A DNA stretch of 64,000 nucleotides from Antedon mediterranea (lineage: Eukaryota; Animalia; Echinodermata): contig NC_092677.1 of NCBI RefSeq assembly GCF_964355755.1, positions 26,833,175 through 26,897,174 on the forward strand. Direction: 5' to 3'. The notes beneath the pieces were generated by a model. The model searched no databases, had not been told where the DNA came from, and saw nothing but the letters and a program-made list of their open reading frames with translations. The first letter of the stretch is position 1; every line of letters begins with the position of its first letter. The position numbers and the translations under genes are program-made. Positions 35,791 through 50,960 of this stretch are shown piece after piece.

Positions 35791-36549
35791 CAGTCGACTC
35801 CGCCTAAGTCGAATTCGCGCAAGTCGAAAAATCGCGAAAGTCGAATTTTTTGGAAAGTCCCAATTCTTTCCTATACATTACTGTGTAATTTTTATTTGTA
35901 AGTCGAATTTTTCTAAGTCGAAATTCGTCTAAGTCGACGTCTTTTTGCGGTCCGAATACACACATTCTTTAGTGATTTATATCGTATAAGTCGAAGTCAC
36001 AAATTACGCGGCAACAACGCGCTAAAAAAGCCGATGAAACGTACGTAATTCGATAAACAAACAACAGAGGGGATAATGTGGGACCATATCGGTTCTCTCA
36101 AGCAGGTTGTATAGTATAGGCGGCGTCCTACAACTCGCGCTAGTGTATAGTGTATGAGTTGTTTAAGCGTTGAGAACTTGAGCGGCGTTTTGTGGGTACC
36201 TATTTTGAGCTAGACAGATGGCAATAAACAATGGATACCGATTTCGAATAAGAACCGAAATGTATTTATTATACGTTTTTGTATTGTTTTGGGCTTAAAC
36301 CATAAAAGAAAATACAGTTTATCATTGCCGATAGCATTTATTAGGCCTAGCTAGCTAGCTAAGCAAACTCAATTCAAGAAGGCTCATCGCGTGGGCCGCG
36401 ATCGCGACAGGGTCCACTAGGCCTAGCCATAGCGTGGCTAGTGAGTGAGCCTAGGCCTAGCATTTTTTTGGCAAATCTGTAAGTCAAAGTTCGCGTAACT
36501 CAAATTTTTATACCGGTCCCATTAGATTCGACTTAGGCGGAGTCGACTG
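35791..36549. mobile_element. pogo/Tigger-like MITE (759 bp)
   Basis: TA|cagtcgactccgcctaagtcgaat..attcgacttaggcggagtcgactg|TA, a perfect TIR of about 24 bp, with internal aagtcgaa repeats. Confidence 0.9.
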
Positions 36550-39253
36550 TATAACATGTTACCATTATCCTATAGGGATGTTCTATTTTTCTAATTTTCA
36601 TAAGTATATTCCTCTCTTAATACTAGAGGCTATTATAGGTTTATCCAGGTAAGCTTGGCACAAAATAGACTGTATAATTGTGATGCATGCATTGATGGGC
36701 TACAAAAATGCTAAATTTACTCAATATCATTATTACTTTATACATGATTTTCCAGATACAAAATTTGACCAACCATTTATTCACAACAAACAAGGCATGT
36801 TAGTATTATGAAATCATGTGAAAATTCACAAGTATTGTTATAGCTTAAGTAAACAATACCCAATATGAGTCATCTACAATACACCACTAAATCTATTGTG
36901 TTTTCAGCACAAATTACTTTTCATTATTAATTAATTATTCATTAATTTTATCGTCTCTTAAATTTCACTATCATTTTTTTTTTTTTATCATTTATTATTG
37001 ATTATAAATATGGTTTAATAATACAATGGGTGTGTACCAACTGTAAAATGACATGATATGTATGTTGATTGTTTCCTCAATAAAGCTTGTTGATCTAGGA
37101 ATGAATGGTGCTTGGAATTTATCAGCCGTGTCATAAAGCGTGAGGGGCTTAACCCAAAAGACAACCGGCCGAAATTTTCTGAAAAGGTATTACTTTTCAA
37201 AGTCATACTTGTGCGGATTTTCTTAAATAGACATTAGTTCAGTACCTAATTTCACAATTTTTTCAATTCACCCATTTCTTCAAAATCCTGGATCTGCTGT
37301 CACTGAACATTGTGTGTATACGAAAGGATCATAATAATAAAGGATGTTTTAAAACATACACCAGAGAATGAGGCCTTGAACTAAATACAAAAACAATATG
37401 TTGAAAAAAAAAAGTATATCTTTTTCAAAAACCATATGTGTTGAATGATGAAAAGACAAATAAAAAAAAAATAAAAAAGGTCTTTAGAACAAAAAGGTTT
37501 GAAAGGTCTTTAGAACAAAACGACATTATATTATTAGCTAGAGGGCAGGCAATTATTTATGAAGTGACGCTGCCGAGAACTAAAAATCTCATTTTGATTC
37601 TCTTTGATCAGAAACAAACTAATAGTATTTATTTGTCAGCCATAATTTATGTTGGACACTGCTGAAAAGTAAAACATTTATTTGTTTAAATCCTAGAAAA
37701 TAAATGTTCATTTTTTGGTATTGAAAACATGTTATTATTTAATATTACCGACACAATTTAAATTTATTCAATATAATAAATAATTATAATGTACATTATA
37801 ATGTACAAATTTTATTTTTATTGCTTTTACAAGTGGATCTGTATGTAATGTATTCATTACTTTAAAAATTAATATCTTGGCCTATTCCATTGTAATATAA
37901 GGGGTATTCTTCTTTATACAGTTATTATTAAATATTGATATTGATAACATTCATAAATCCATGTTTGTATGTGCTGTGCTATTTCTTTTTTATTATAATT
38001 TTTTTAAATAAAAATGTCTCTCTCAATACCATTGGGTTATGCCCGATTTCTGAAATTTAAAAAAGGAGGTGGGACCTTTTGGAAACCAAGAAAAGTCTGG
38101 TTTTGTGATAGTTTTTTTGTTTTAGGATAGTTTCTGGTTTTGTGACTGTTTCCGGTTTTCATGAAGTTCAATATTTAGAGAATTGACTGTATAAAGAAAT
38201 TACTAGAATATGTTCAGTTAAAATACCAGTTTAGGCGGGCACAATTGACCCACGCCTGAATACAACATCAAAGCTATATTTAATTATCGTCAAGGTTAGA
38301 AAACTCCATGACTCCTACATGAACATGTTGATACTATCATTATGGGGTAGCCTACAGACAGTTAGGTATTGCCTTACGGTCTTAGACAACGAGTCACTAT
38401 GGAAACTAACGTGCCTTTCAGCGAGGCCTGCTGACCAACAAGAAACAGACAAAGGATTGGTGTTTTGGCTGGCATTGACATGTATTTTTACACCGACAAA
38501 ATCCATCGAAAACAAAAATTATTCAAACCTTTCCACATCTAGATAATTTTTTTCTAGAGAAAACCCCCTAAACTAGTATTCTTGAGCTAGGCTTCCAAGG
38601 CAAGCAATACAGCTTTTTTATTAGTACATTGTACAGTACAAATGATGTAGTATTGTTATTGTATAGACACTTCAAATGTGTAGTTTGGAGTGCCAATATG
38701 TCACAACACATTCGAGATTTCCACATAAATCACAGCCTACTTATTCCCTTGGGTATTACAACTGTACAAGATAGCTTGCCAATGGAGTCTAGTGTCACAT
38801 TCCACGTTAGGAAATGGACTTCTTCAAGAATTGAGTTTCCTTTTATTTAGAATTTGAACAAAGTGAACATTATTATAATAAGCCCATCCATCCTTCCTAG
38901 AATGAATTAAAAAACAAGCTTTAGACTGATGGATCAAAATGTTGAGTTTGTCTTATAACATAATCATAATATTGTTAGGTGGTACACATACGTGGTGTAC
39001 CACCAACATTATCTCAAGAAACTCAACGATTCTTTTTCGGAACTACATACTGTACGAAGTGTACCGCAAACTATTAAGCTCAAAGTTCTTTTGCAGAACT
39101 ACATACACAAAATGTGTACGACAAATGATAGTATCAACATATTTTCATTTGTCTATAAATTATCAATAATGCAACGGTAGTCAGTAGAAGTGAACATTTC
39201 AGCAGGACAACCTTTGGCTGGTAAAGACTGTACATCCCTGGTCATTGTCACTA

Positions 39254-39672
39254 GACACCAATGACCTGGTCAATACTGGACACCAATGACCTGGTCAATA
39301 CTGGACACCAATGACCTGGTCAATACTGGACACCAATGGGCAAGACAATACTGGACACCAATGGGTAAGACAATACTGGACATCAATGGGCAAGACAATA
39401 CTGGACACCAATGGGCAAGACAATACTGGACACCAATGGGCAAGACAATACTGGACACCAATGGGCAAGACAATACTGGACATCAATGGGCAAGACAATA
39501 CTGGACTTTAATGGGCAAGACAATACTGGACTTTAATGGGCAAGACAATACTGGACATCAATGGGCAAGAAAATACTGGACACCAATGGGTAAGACAATA
39601 CTGGACATCAATGGGCAAGACAATACTGGACACCAATGGTCTGGTCAATACTGGACATCAATGGGCAAGACA
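39254..39672. repeat. 25-bp minisatellite, about 17 copies
   Basis: Unit caatactggacaccaatgggcaaga. Confidence 0.95.
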
Positions 39673-40209
39673 AACCTGTGCACATTTTATTTCCAGAAAT
39701 TCAACAGTTCAGTGCAAATACTGTAACTGTAGTTATCAAAATGCATTCCAAGAAAACATGTACAGTATGTTCAGTGTATTTAAGCAGCTATTGGTAAATG
39801 GCACGTTTACACATCAGCCATGACATTCCACTAATCTCGTTGGGAAATCCCTGTAAATTAGTCTAATCAACTGTTAGTATCTTGGACAGGATTAATAATA
39901 ATAAATTATGAGAATCCATAGCGCTTTGTGAGTCTTTGTGGCAAGTATTCCAATCAGTACTTATATATTAATTTGTTCTCTACTTCACGGAGACTATGAA
40001 CTAGGAGTTTTGTCTTCCATGGTCCCCTGTCTCAGAGTTCTGCCTCTGTACAACCTACTGCAACAAATTTGTAATGAAAACCTTCTTTGAATTTAATAAT
40101 TCAGAACTAAAAAACAATTGTGTTGGTAGTCTACGAGTGCCGCATATATACCATACCATTGGTAGAGAAAACTGTTCGAGTTAGTTATATCTTGCTTTTC
40201 AAGAAGAAT

Positions 40210-40330
40210 GGCTATTTTCGGTTTATCCAGGTGAGCTAGGCATGGAACAGACTAGTTTTGACTATAAAATACACAAACCAGAAATGGTGTTGGTAGTCTG
40301 GCCGCTAACCTGGATAAACTGACATTAGTT
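40210..40330. repeat. Palindromic dispersed repeat (ggtttatccaggt.agc..ggcac family)
   Basis: Inverted arms tttatccagg / cctggataaa. Single arms also at about 29875, 36641 and 60555. Confidence 0.55.
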
Positions 40331-41495
40331 CTTTTCCCACCAAGTGGGGAACAATTACAAAAAAAAGAATTTTGCAGATGAGATTTTAATAAAAAAGTAT
40401 TCTTAAAAAAATTGTACACACAACATAATACACACTATTATAATAATAATAATAATGTTGGAGTGATTCCAACATGTAAACTCATTCATCTGCAACATTA
40501 TGGATTGCAAACACTTGCTATACTCAGACCATTAAGTTTGCTCGTCATTAGCACTCGCTAAGTATTAAGTAATGTTTCAAAATAACTTGAAAAAAACTTA
40601 ATGAAAAAACTATATTTCTGAATTTAACCTTCCTCATACTGTACTATAAATAATGTTCTGTAACCTTTAAAATTATTTTTTTCTTTTCTTGCATTCAAAC
40701 TTATTTTTTCCATTGCACAATCATAATATTGCAAAAATATTAATTTAATACTTGGAAGGAAGGCTTAATTCATTTACAATCAAAGATAAAAATGTACAGT
40801 TAGTAATAATCTTTAAATTAAATTTGTTCTTTTCAAACAAAATTATTTTTCTTGCACTGCACAATCAAAATACTGAAAAAATATTAATTTAATATTTTGA
40901 AGCTATCAATTGCAATCATGGATATTAATGTACAGTAGTAATTTGCATGGCCATATTTCTCATGTAACGACAATTCGTATTGTAATCATTAATATCATTC
41001 GAAGCCTCAGTGAAATGCTAAGTGTATACTACAAGACAGTAGCTAAGCTGCACATCATCAACGGTGAAGCACATTAATATGTATTTTAGTATTACATAAT
41101 CAAGATTTCAAACATAGTTGCAATACACTTAGAAAGTAGGTTTAATTTCCTTCCTACAGTATTTCATATCATATAATTTGGATGCAATGTTATATGATTT
41201 ATAAATAAAATATACTTTTTATTGTCCTTGTAGAAGTACAGACAGAAGCAACACATACAGTAGCCAATGGTTTCCACTATCAAGGTTATTAATATAAATA
41301 GCCTAATGCGCCATAAACAAACTGCGTGCTGTACTTTGTACGTAAGTTAGATAACATTTGTTATCATAACTGACATTGGCGCCAAAACAAGGGGACTATA
41401 ATGACGATACGCGATGACTTTAACCAATATAAATAATACTACTTAGCTATTACTATAAAGTGTTTGCACAATAGCTATTGCATAATAATAACGGA

Positions 41496-41752
41496 AGTGG
41501 TCAAGTGAGTATGACTGCTCAGCACATAAAGACAATGAACAATGCGGACATACTGATGGGAGTGGTCAAGTGAGTATGACTGCTCAGCACATAAAGACAA
41601 TGAACAATGCGGACATACTGATGGGAGTGGTCAAGTGAGTATGACTGCTCAGCACATAAAGACAATGAACAATGCGTACATACTGATGGGAGTGGTCAAG
41701 TGAGTATGACTGCTCAGCACATAAAGACAATGAACAATGCGGACATACTGAT
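41496..41752. repeat. 65-bp tandem repeat, 4 copies
   Basis: agtggtcaagtgagtatgactgctcagcac..catactgatggg at 41496, 41561, 41626 and 41691. Confidence 0.95.
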
Positions 41753-42525
41753 AGTATCAGTCTGTCACAGTTCAGAATTGGGCATACAATATTATGTTCC
41801 AACCATATTGCAATATCTGTACACATAGCAGGGAAATTTCATTTTCAAATGTTGTTTAGCAATATTGCTAATCAAACTGACTTTTGAGTCAAGAAACATA
41901 GTGAAATTGTATTGTATTTTTTGCAGCACAATTTTAGGAATGTGTAGCATTAAGGTTGTTTTGTATATATATCAACCTTTCAAATTGTATAAAAAAACAA
42001 AAAAAGCTATGCTCACTCTAGCGTTTTCGCCCATTTTGCAAAATCAAATTTGAACTTAGCGTGACATAAAAAAGCGCTCAGTAATGAACATAAATAATAG
42101 TTAACACCCGCATTTTTATTTCCAATAATTGTAACGTTTGAAACCGATAATATCCTGTGTTTAAATTAAAATAATTCACACCCTGATAGTTTGTGTTATG
42201 ATTGACACAGGTTGTGCTAATTCAGGCGTAACACAATTGATTATTTGTACAATTAACACTACTACCACCAACCAGGTCTCAGATGACCTATGCCTGACCC
42301 ATGACCTGATCATGTCGTGTCATCTGTATAGAAATATTTAGTTTATCATACAAATTAAATCAAAATAGTTAGCGTTTTAAGAAACTATCTTTTACACAAT
42401 ACAAACTGATATGTTAATAAATAATTTTAACCAATAAATAATGTATTAAAATGTCAGTTATTGGTATCCATTACTTGTTGTATATTCAAGTTTATTGACG
42501 AAACATTATTATGGTATTGACTACC

Positions 42526-44002
42526 TAGGCTCGCACTGGCCGATCGCCAAGTCGCCATGGGCGAAAACGTTTCTAGATTGGCGAAAAATAAAACGGCTAC
42601 TTTAGCCATTTTGGCGATGACATATGATAAAATAGATAATTAAATAATCATTTTGGCGAAAGCATAAAGTCCAACTAAAAGGTCCATTTGTCGATCTCCA
42701 AGCATTTATTTTGTTCGTTATCACGTTGTTTACTTCAAGCTCCATTTTTCGTAAACTTGTTTCGTTGTACCAGGCGTCTCTTTGTTATTTCAAAAAGATG
42801 GATAGCAGAGGTAGACTGCACAGAGAGACAGACGTTACACGACACATGGATGATGAAGTCTACCCAAACTATCACGTGTTGTGCGCTGCACAAACGATCG
42901 ACTACGTAGCTAGCCGACGGTCGGTTAATTACCGGGATTGTCTATTTTTTCGATAGGGGTGTACTTTTCAGATTAAAAAGAAACATTATAGTATCTTCGA
43001 TGAATGACGTCTTAATCTTATCGAAATCAAAAATGTATGCGTTATGCATTTTAGAGTCTTCCAATTTAATGTAGTTCCATATTTTAGCCTTAATAAACTT
43101 CCCTCGTGCGTCAGTAGTGTAAACAAAACAACATGCGGGAAATGGTAGAGTCTAACAGGGATTTAGCTAATTAAACACACACGTGCATCTGAGCGGGGCC
43201 GGCCGCCGGCTTCTGTGTTATTGTGTAAATAAATAATAATCGGATAAATTTCTCGCCCTGACAGAAACGCTTCGGCGCAGCCTTGAGGGATGGAAAGACG
43301 TGTACTCTGTGCTTTGGCCTATATTATCTTACTTTTAACGATACGAGTGTTCGTTTGCTAGGAATTTTCCTCAATATTTTTAGCATACGATATACCGTTG
43401 CGTTGTTGTACATAATTTTGTAGGCCTAGGCCGGCGGTTCTGCACTTTCGCACCTCTTGAGCATACCCAATTTAAAAACATTAACCCGCTGCGCGGCGGT
43501 GATTCTAGGACACAATTTTCGCCTGGTAGAGTACGCCATGGAAGCCGTCACACGCAAACATGACCAGCCAAGCGTAAAAAACAAAAGTAACATAGGGTTC
43601 AGGGGATTTCAGAAAACTGTAAAATGTTTATTATTAAATTGATAACTGTATAAATGCTGTATGATTAAAAACAATTTGAACAATTGTTTTGATCATGTAA
43701 AAAAAATACCAAAAAAAATATTTTTTTAAATCATACAGTGATTTAGGCATGGTTCTTTATCTCAATGCCTTACAAAAATGTTCAGGGAACAGTGTATAGA
43801 CCTGTTGACATAGATAAATTGACTAAAATGTTTTTACCACTATATTTCAAAAATTTTAAATTTTGGCTATAAACCGATTCATTTGGCTAAATAAAAAAAT
43901 TTGACTTTATCCATTTTGGCTATAGATAAACTGATTTGACTAAAAAAAATATTTTGACTTTCGCCAAATGGCTAAACAAAATGAAATGTTAGTGCTACCC
44001 CA
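42526..44002. mobile_element. hAT-like non-autonomous element (about 1.5 kb)
   Basis: Imperfect short TIR taggctcgcact / agtgctacccca, flanking near-direct repeat gactac, subterminal (tt)ggcga/ggcta repeats, CpG-rich interior. Confidence 0.55.
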
Positions 44003-45398
44003 GACTACACAGTGGTATATAAATACTGTTTGTAGTATGTATAAAAAACTTATTACCTCTCTTATTGGGGGGGGGGGGGAGCAGTTCCCCTTGGGTGTCC
44101 CCTGAATGTTAATTCCTTCACTAAATTATGGCCTTTCTACGTCACTGTATTTCAACACTACTGAATAGATTCGCTTGTTGCACATGGTATCCTCTCATAA
44201 TATTTTCAACATGTTTTTGTGAACTTGACTGTTACTCAACAAATTATTTTTCTGATCATGATGAAATCAAAGAACAATTTACCGCCCCAACATAAATTAT
44301 CGTTGATAAAAGGAACAAGAATAACAGAAAATGTAAAGAATATGAACTATGGAACCAGATAGCAAACAACAAGTGTACATTGTTTGCCTATTACTCACGC
44401 TCAAATAAACCCATAGCTTATTAATAACAGTTGGTAATTTTTTTTTATTATTCAATGTATTGTTTTCTTACAATGTTAAAGGTGACAAGGCAAGCTTGGG
44501 AAACTACAGTAGTCCAAGTATAACTTTTATAACATTTATAATAAGAGAAAAAAGGAACACCCAGCTAAAATTAGCTCTGACAACAGAATTTGTCTTTCGA
44601 TTTACAAACAAATTATTTATAAATTATTAAATTGGAGATTGTCCCTTATAAATCCTGGGAAAATATTTAAATTTAACGATCAAATTTAAATTCAGATAAT
44701 AATCTATCATTCTATGTTAACCTACCCTACTCAGTTTCACGTACAAATTGAAAAAAGCAAGAATATTTTCAGTTTACTTGTTGAACTTTAAAAAATGATA
44801 TTAATTACAATATCATATTAATAATTTATGTATTTTTTCTAAAGGTACATTAATATTATAAAATATAGCCATTATATTTTGCAATAATTAATAGAACACT
44901 GTAATTCTATACAATTCAAACCTGCAACAAAATGGCGAAATATAATTCACATCAAATGTAATGCATGGAATTTGTGACATGCATCAGTGGTTATGTAATA
45001 ACAAATGCAAAACAATCAGTTTACGTACACAACAATGTTGTTATGATGTGTCTCGAATAACAAAAAATAATTCAGACAGCTAAAAAATAAAATTCAAATT
45101 CATATCATTATTTTTCTTTTCGACCGTAAAATAATGGTATAACCTGCAATGTCTAGCTCTGAACTATAGTAGGAGACTATGTGTGGATGATGTAACAACG
45201 CTTAGTTTAACCAAATTATATTATATTTGAACACATGGATACAATTAAATAATTCAAACATGAAATAATAAAATTAAATCACAAACAATATGGATGGATT
45301 GCAATCAATAGAGTAATAATTACTATCAGCTGCAAGCAACATAATTTATTGTGCAAAAAAATAAATTTACAGTTAATTAAACTTTCAAATTAATCTAA

Positions 45399-45550
45399 AG
45401 CTCTGTCTACACTATCAAACAAAAAGTGTGATGTGCCTAAATATGGTAGTGATATACCCAAATATAGTAGATTGATATGATGTCATCATGTACATATATG
45501 GGCACATTCACATTTTTTTGTTACATAAAGTTTGATAGTGTAGACAGAGC
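45399..45550. mobile_element. Family A MITE
   Basis: agctctgtctacactatcaaac..gtttgatagtgtagacagagc. Confidence 0.85.
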
Positions 45551-47004
45551 CACTTATATTTTATAATCACATACAGTAGGCCTACGGTAAAAATTATTTA
45601 TGGAATGGAACAATAATAAGAAAGAACACTGAACAAGTTGAAATATGGAGTTGGTCCATGTTGTTAATTAATTGTTTAAAACCAATTTTCATGACACAAA
45701 TTTGTCACCAACTCATAAATTGTTATTTAAGTGACATTTTGTTTATTTTTATCCCTAACATGATCCCTAAAGTATGTTAATGAACACTGTGTTTCTTGTG
45801 AATATAAAGTTTATCAAACCATGGTATAGTAACCAGGTATAGTACTAAAAGTATAATTTATTGAAGTAGTTAATGACCTCAGTAGGTAGGTAGGTAGGGA
45901 GGTAGGTACAGTACTGTAGGGTGAATCAGTTCCATAGTTTATTCTAGGGACCCTGATCCGATCTAAATTCATCAGTACTGTACTCTCCACAAGTCTATAC
46001 CTTTCTTTAGAGTTGCATAAGAAAACATTTTATGAACTCAATTTAAACAGTTAATACAATTACTGTATGTGAACCGGCAGAATGTTGCTGATTGAATGTA
46101 AAAACTAAATGGATATAAAATAATCACAGGAATTCCCACTATATAAACATCTGACCTGAAATAAACTTCTATAATATAAAGTCGACATTTATCCCTTAAC
46201 AAGGAGGTCTCTTTACACTATATATGTGATATGTTTATGACACATTAGGGACCATAGCCAAGACCCAGGGTACATACAGTAATTAGACCCATTCTTCCTT
46301 GTTGTTCCAATTATAACTGTTGCTAAATAGTGAGTCAGCTTAGAAAATTGTATAGAATGTCCCATTTTAACATCACACAATGCAACTATTTATAATACAT
46401 TACTATTTTGCCTACAAAATTAATTTATATACAGTAAAATAGAAAAGACTTCTTTGTTAATGGATTCATATTTTAAATGCAAGTTTAAATGCCAATAGAC
46501 AAGCTATCTATGTATTTTTCTTACTGTAATCACCTTGAACAGGGACAATTTTCTGAGTAGGAACATTAGTTTTAAACTGCATACTGACACAATTGAAGCT
46601 CATTGTCGCCAGGATTTTTACAGGGCGAATACAGTGCCAATATTTCTTCCCGACTAATGTACTTTATAATCTTCTACAGTAGAAAAATACCAAATTCTTT
46701 AAATCGTATGTTTTATCCAGCAGCAGTACATCAAAGTAATGATCTAGACAACAGCTGAAAATGATTCAGTAATCAATTACAGGGTCATTAAATTATAACG
46801 CATCATAAATTAAACCCACACCTAAATTTTCGTACAAGAAGACACTTGAAATTCATAACTGTAACTTTTATTATGCAATGAATTTGTATTGCGTTTTAAA
46901 TATGACATTGACAACATTCCGAAAGCACAGTGGAATAGATGTTACACTTTCATCTCTCCTAATGATGTCTTGTGGAGCTGCCAACAAAACGGTGCTCATT
47001 CTTT

Positions 47005-47265
47005 GAGCGAGTGAGTGGCCGAGCGGTTAAGACAGTGGAACCGTAATTACGTAGCCATAACATCGGCAAGGGTTCGAGGCTCACTCGCTCCATGGTTCTG
47101 GTGGTAGATCGAGTCTTCTCGGATAAGGACTATAAACCGTAGGTCCAGTGTACACATAGCTCATGTGCACTTTAAAGAACCTAGTACATCTTTCGAGACG
47201 AGTAGTGGGTTACCCCGGTGTACTAGTCCACACAAACACAGCCACTGTTACACACAGCCACTGTG
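47005..47265 (+). mobile_element. tRNA-derived Deu-domain-like SINE
   Basis: Highly similar to 20288-20530, with A/B boxes and the same core. Confidence 0.8.
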
Positions 47266-50200
47266 CAAATTGGTCTTTACGAAAAACTAACTCACTCGCC
47301 TCACATCCCACCAAAGTGCTACAGTCTTCAAGTCTGAAGTTTGCACTAAATTGGAAGAAGAAGGTCTTCTGTCTACCATAACACTGACAAAAGGCTCACA
47401 TGGTTACAGTACTGTACATCCGGGAAACAACTACAGACCTACTAACTACTGGACTCCAGTCCTTACCTTAGCGCGTCATAATAAATAATCACCTGAATCG
47501 GTACTTTCAATGATTTGTTTTGGTTACTATTACTATTAGAAGTACTGATAACCTTTTACTCTCGAAATCTTTCATTTTTGGTTTTAAATAAAACAATGCT
47601 TTTAGGATTCCATTAGGTAATTCTATAGTTATTTACACAAATGAAAGTTTATTTAAACTGAAGTGAATTGAAATTATCATGGTACAGTTCTGTATTTCAC
47701 AATATTTTATCTATTGAAAATAACTTTTCAAGCTATATACTTGCTCTTCGAGAGGCTAATTATTAGTTTATTTCGATAAGCTAGGCATGCAATAGACACA
47801 ATATGCCGCCATTCAATTTACAGTATCACAGTAACAACATTACCATTTAAACAATTATTTTTCAGCATTTTTTCCCCTTCAGGGCCACTGTATGTCATAA
47901 ACCAGGTTGGTGTCCTAACAAGGTAATTGGTACTACAATTTTTTTGTATTTCAAGCAATACAGGAAACAATGGAGTAGATTAAAAACAAATTACTCATAG
48001 AAAACCTGAATAGACTAATACTTTGCTCTACCATTTAAACTTTTCTATTTGAAGACTCCAGTTAATACTGTAGATTCATATGTTTCTAGATCATATTGGT
48101 TAGGGGCTGGTATTACATTTTAGGACTTCAAACTTATACTGATAAATGAAGTAGTCTATTGATACAGTATTTATGTTAAGCTTAAAAGCAAAGTATGTGT
48201 ACATACACCCTTTAAAATAAATTATTGTTTACAGAAAGCAAAACTGCTAAAAACAGTCATTATAACAGACATGTACCCAACAAAGAACTTGTGAGTGAAT
48301 CTGCAAGCCTTTGTCTATGGACTTGTCTGCTGCTATGGTCAATGAATGCATAGCCTGTGTGTCAATTGATTACCCTATCATGAAGGAAAAAGCCCTGAAT
48401 TCATTGAACAATGCAACAATATTGACCAAGCACATAGATCAAACAAAGGCCAAAGTGAAATTCAACCATAACAACAGAACACAAAAAAATAATTTTGTAA
48501 TCAATGATTTTCTAAATTGTACATGTTCTACTACCATTATTTATAATAAATCACCTTATTCTCCCAAAGTGATTGATTTCAACAGATAACTAATTATAAA
48601 TATTTCATTCATATTTTTAATTTCAATATTAATCACTAATGAAATAGCTTTTAATTTCAAAACCAATCGATAAATAAGATTAAGAAATAGTTTTTCTTCT
48701 TTAGTTTAAATTCAAAGCCTCTATAAATAGAATGTAAATTGTAAGTTGAACCAGAAAAAAGGCTTTCTCCTGCTGGGGCCTACGGAATTCCAAGCTTATT
48801 GATCATAATGACTCCAGCTGTGTGACTACAGTAAAGATATAATAAATCCTGGACAGACATAAGCCAAGAAAAATACCCCAGTATAAAGTTAGCAATGATG
48901 ACTCAGCATGGTATTATTAATATGAAACAGAAGATTACAATTAGAAAACTACAGAACCTAATCATTTGGTAGTGGTAAATGTGGATTGGTGATAAACATG
49001 CTTGCGCACAAATTCTAAGGTCATGTGTTCAAATCTTACATTGTCTCAGTAGCTAGATTTTGTCATGGCAGTGTTACCTACCAACAATTATAAGTTTATT
49101 ACCTAGAAATCGTGTTCTTCCCACGCTCATCCTATACATTGTATCTTAAATATTTGTATTGTATTTCTGTTTTAACATGAATATTTTATTGGATTGTATG
49201 CTACCATGTGTTTAAAAACAAACAAACTCTGAGTAAAGTTCACAATTTGGTTTAGAAAACACACAAGAGTAGACATAATCAATTGGCGCAAACAGTTTGT
49301 ACTTTGATCAAGCGTTTTATGTTTGCACATGTCCAACCAGTAGCAGCCTTGTATATTAGTCATATTTAATCTTCCTTAATTGCATCAACTAAATTTTATG
49401 ATTTATAAATTCTCCCTGTCCAAAAAAATGTGTGTACTGCATTCTCCTATAAAACATGTACACTAATGTTGAAGCAGGGTCTCAAGGGAATGACTTTGTT
49501 GTGATTGGTCACGCCTACAATTCCATACAGACCTATTACACAATGACAACATTTTTAAATATAATAAAAGTAGACTCTCCACATCAAAAGGACGCAAACT
49601 TAGTGCAAGGTGATTGCATCAAAATTGAGGTGAAATTATTGATGCCATTGCACTAATTAATTTGTGCAATAGAGCAGTTAATTTGGAGTTAAAATACAAT
49701 ATTATTCTTGCCAATGGCATTTGAACTATTTGCTTCCCCATTCATAAATTACTTGTAGGCTTCCACAATCCCACAGAATGCACAATAAAGTTTATTTTCC
49801 CAATGATGATTGATGTTTCCCTGAAGTGGGGACCATATTTTTAATTTTAACTTTATTTCAAACACCAGTAGGCCTACTGCAAACCTTATCTTCTGCAAAA
49901 CTAGGCCTATAATATTATATAAACAATATTGTTTTATTATCTCCATTAAATAATATAGTCAAGTGAATGCCTAGGCATCCACCCAATTATCAACAATATT
50001 CTAGAAACTAGAAACATACCTTCCAATGAATTTGTTGTTTTTACAATAAAATACCTTTTTGCTAATTGACTTCACTGCATATTTATGAATCAAATTAATA
50101 AATTAATTAGGATCATATATTTCACGTTATAAAAAATATAATTCCAGCATTAAACCTCTTCCAGGTGTAAAGATCCTTCGTATTGCCATGCCTAACATCT

Positions 50201-50392
50201 ATTTATTAGATGACATTTATGCCATCCTCTACCACACATCACCTACTCCTCCCCACACTCCTCCCCCACACACCACCCGTGACACGCTCTCTGCCTGCTG
50301 CTACTACATGCTCCTAGATCCTCTCGATCGACGTGCGTCGACAAAACAACGAATAAAAAACACCGGGCATCCATGGTTATTCATAAACTTAC

Positions 50393-50450
50393 CTCCATAA
50401 CTTAGCCTAACATAAGCTAAAGCAAACAATAATATCCTCAACGAATCCAT
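50393..50450 (-). CDS. NCAM: NCAM/Fas2-like gene, exon 1 (signal peptide MDSLRILLFALAYVRLSYG)
   Basis: ATG at 50450, 19 codons plus 1 nt, then donor G|GTAAGT. Hydrophobic signal-peptide pattern. Phase 1 joins in frame to the Ig1 exon at 24436. Confidence 0.8.
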
Positions 50451-50960
50451 TCTCTTGCCAAGCGATACCTATTCCCTGCAATATACGTCTATTGCTAAAA
50501 AGTTTTCTACCAGAATATTTACTCCAAAATGTCCCGAGAAGCACCCTCAATACGAAACACCAGTGTCAGAGAGCAATATCTGAAGTTGTTGCATGAATTG
50601 TACAAAATTCCCTCGCGCTTGAGTTGGTCCAGCAGGCACACTGCTGATAGGCGTTCCCCAGGATATCAATGCGCCGGTTACAATAAATTGTGTTAACTCG
50701 AAAAATACACAATCTTAAACAATTTAAATACCAGATATTTTACTATTTTATACATATCCATTTATTAACTAAATATAAATGCTGTATTTAAAACATTAGT
50801 TTAATACAATAACAATAATACGTAACTACTTTTTATTACTTCATTAATGGAATTTTGTTTGCTTACGCCAGCCGTTGAATATGTAATTAGCTGCATCTAG
50901 GCGCGTCCAACGCGCTTTTAAACGCATCCATACTGTCGAATGTCCACAATACCAATTTTT
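50451..50960 (-). promoter_or_regulatory. 5' UTR / proximal promoter region of the NCAM-like gene
   Basis: Directly upstream of the signal-peptide ATG and locally CpG-enriched. The TSS cannot be determined. Confidence 0.4.

Noticed and set aside
39270-39823. Repetitive ORFs and a CRISPR-like appearance
   Set aside because: Contiguous 25-bp tandem units with no unique spacers, no cas genes and a eukaryotic context. The same applies to the arrays at 8.7, 9.4, 13.0 and 41.5 kb.
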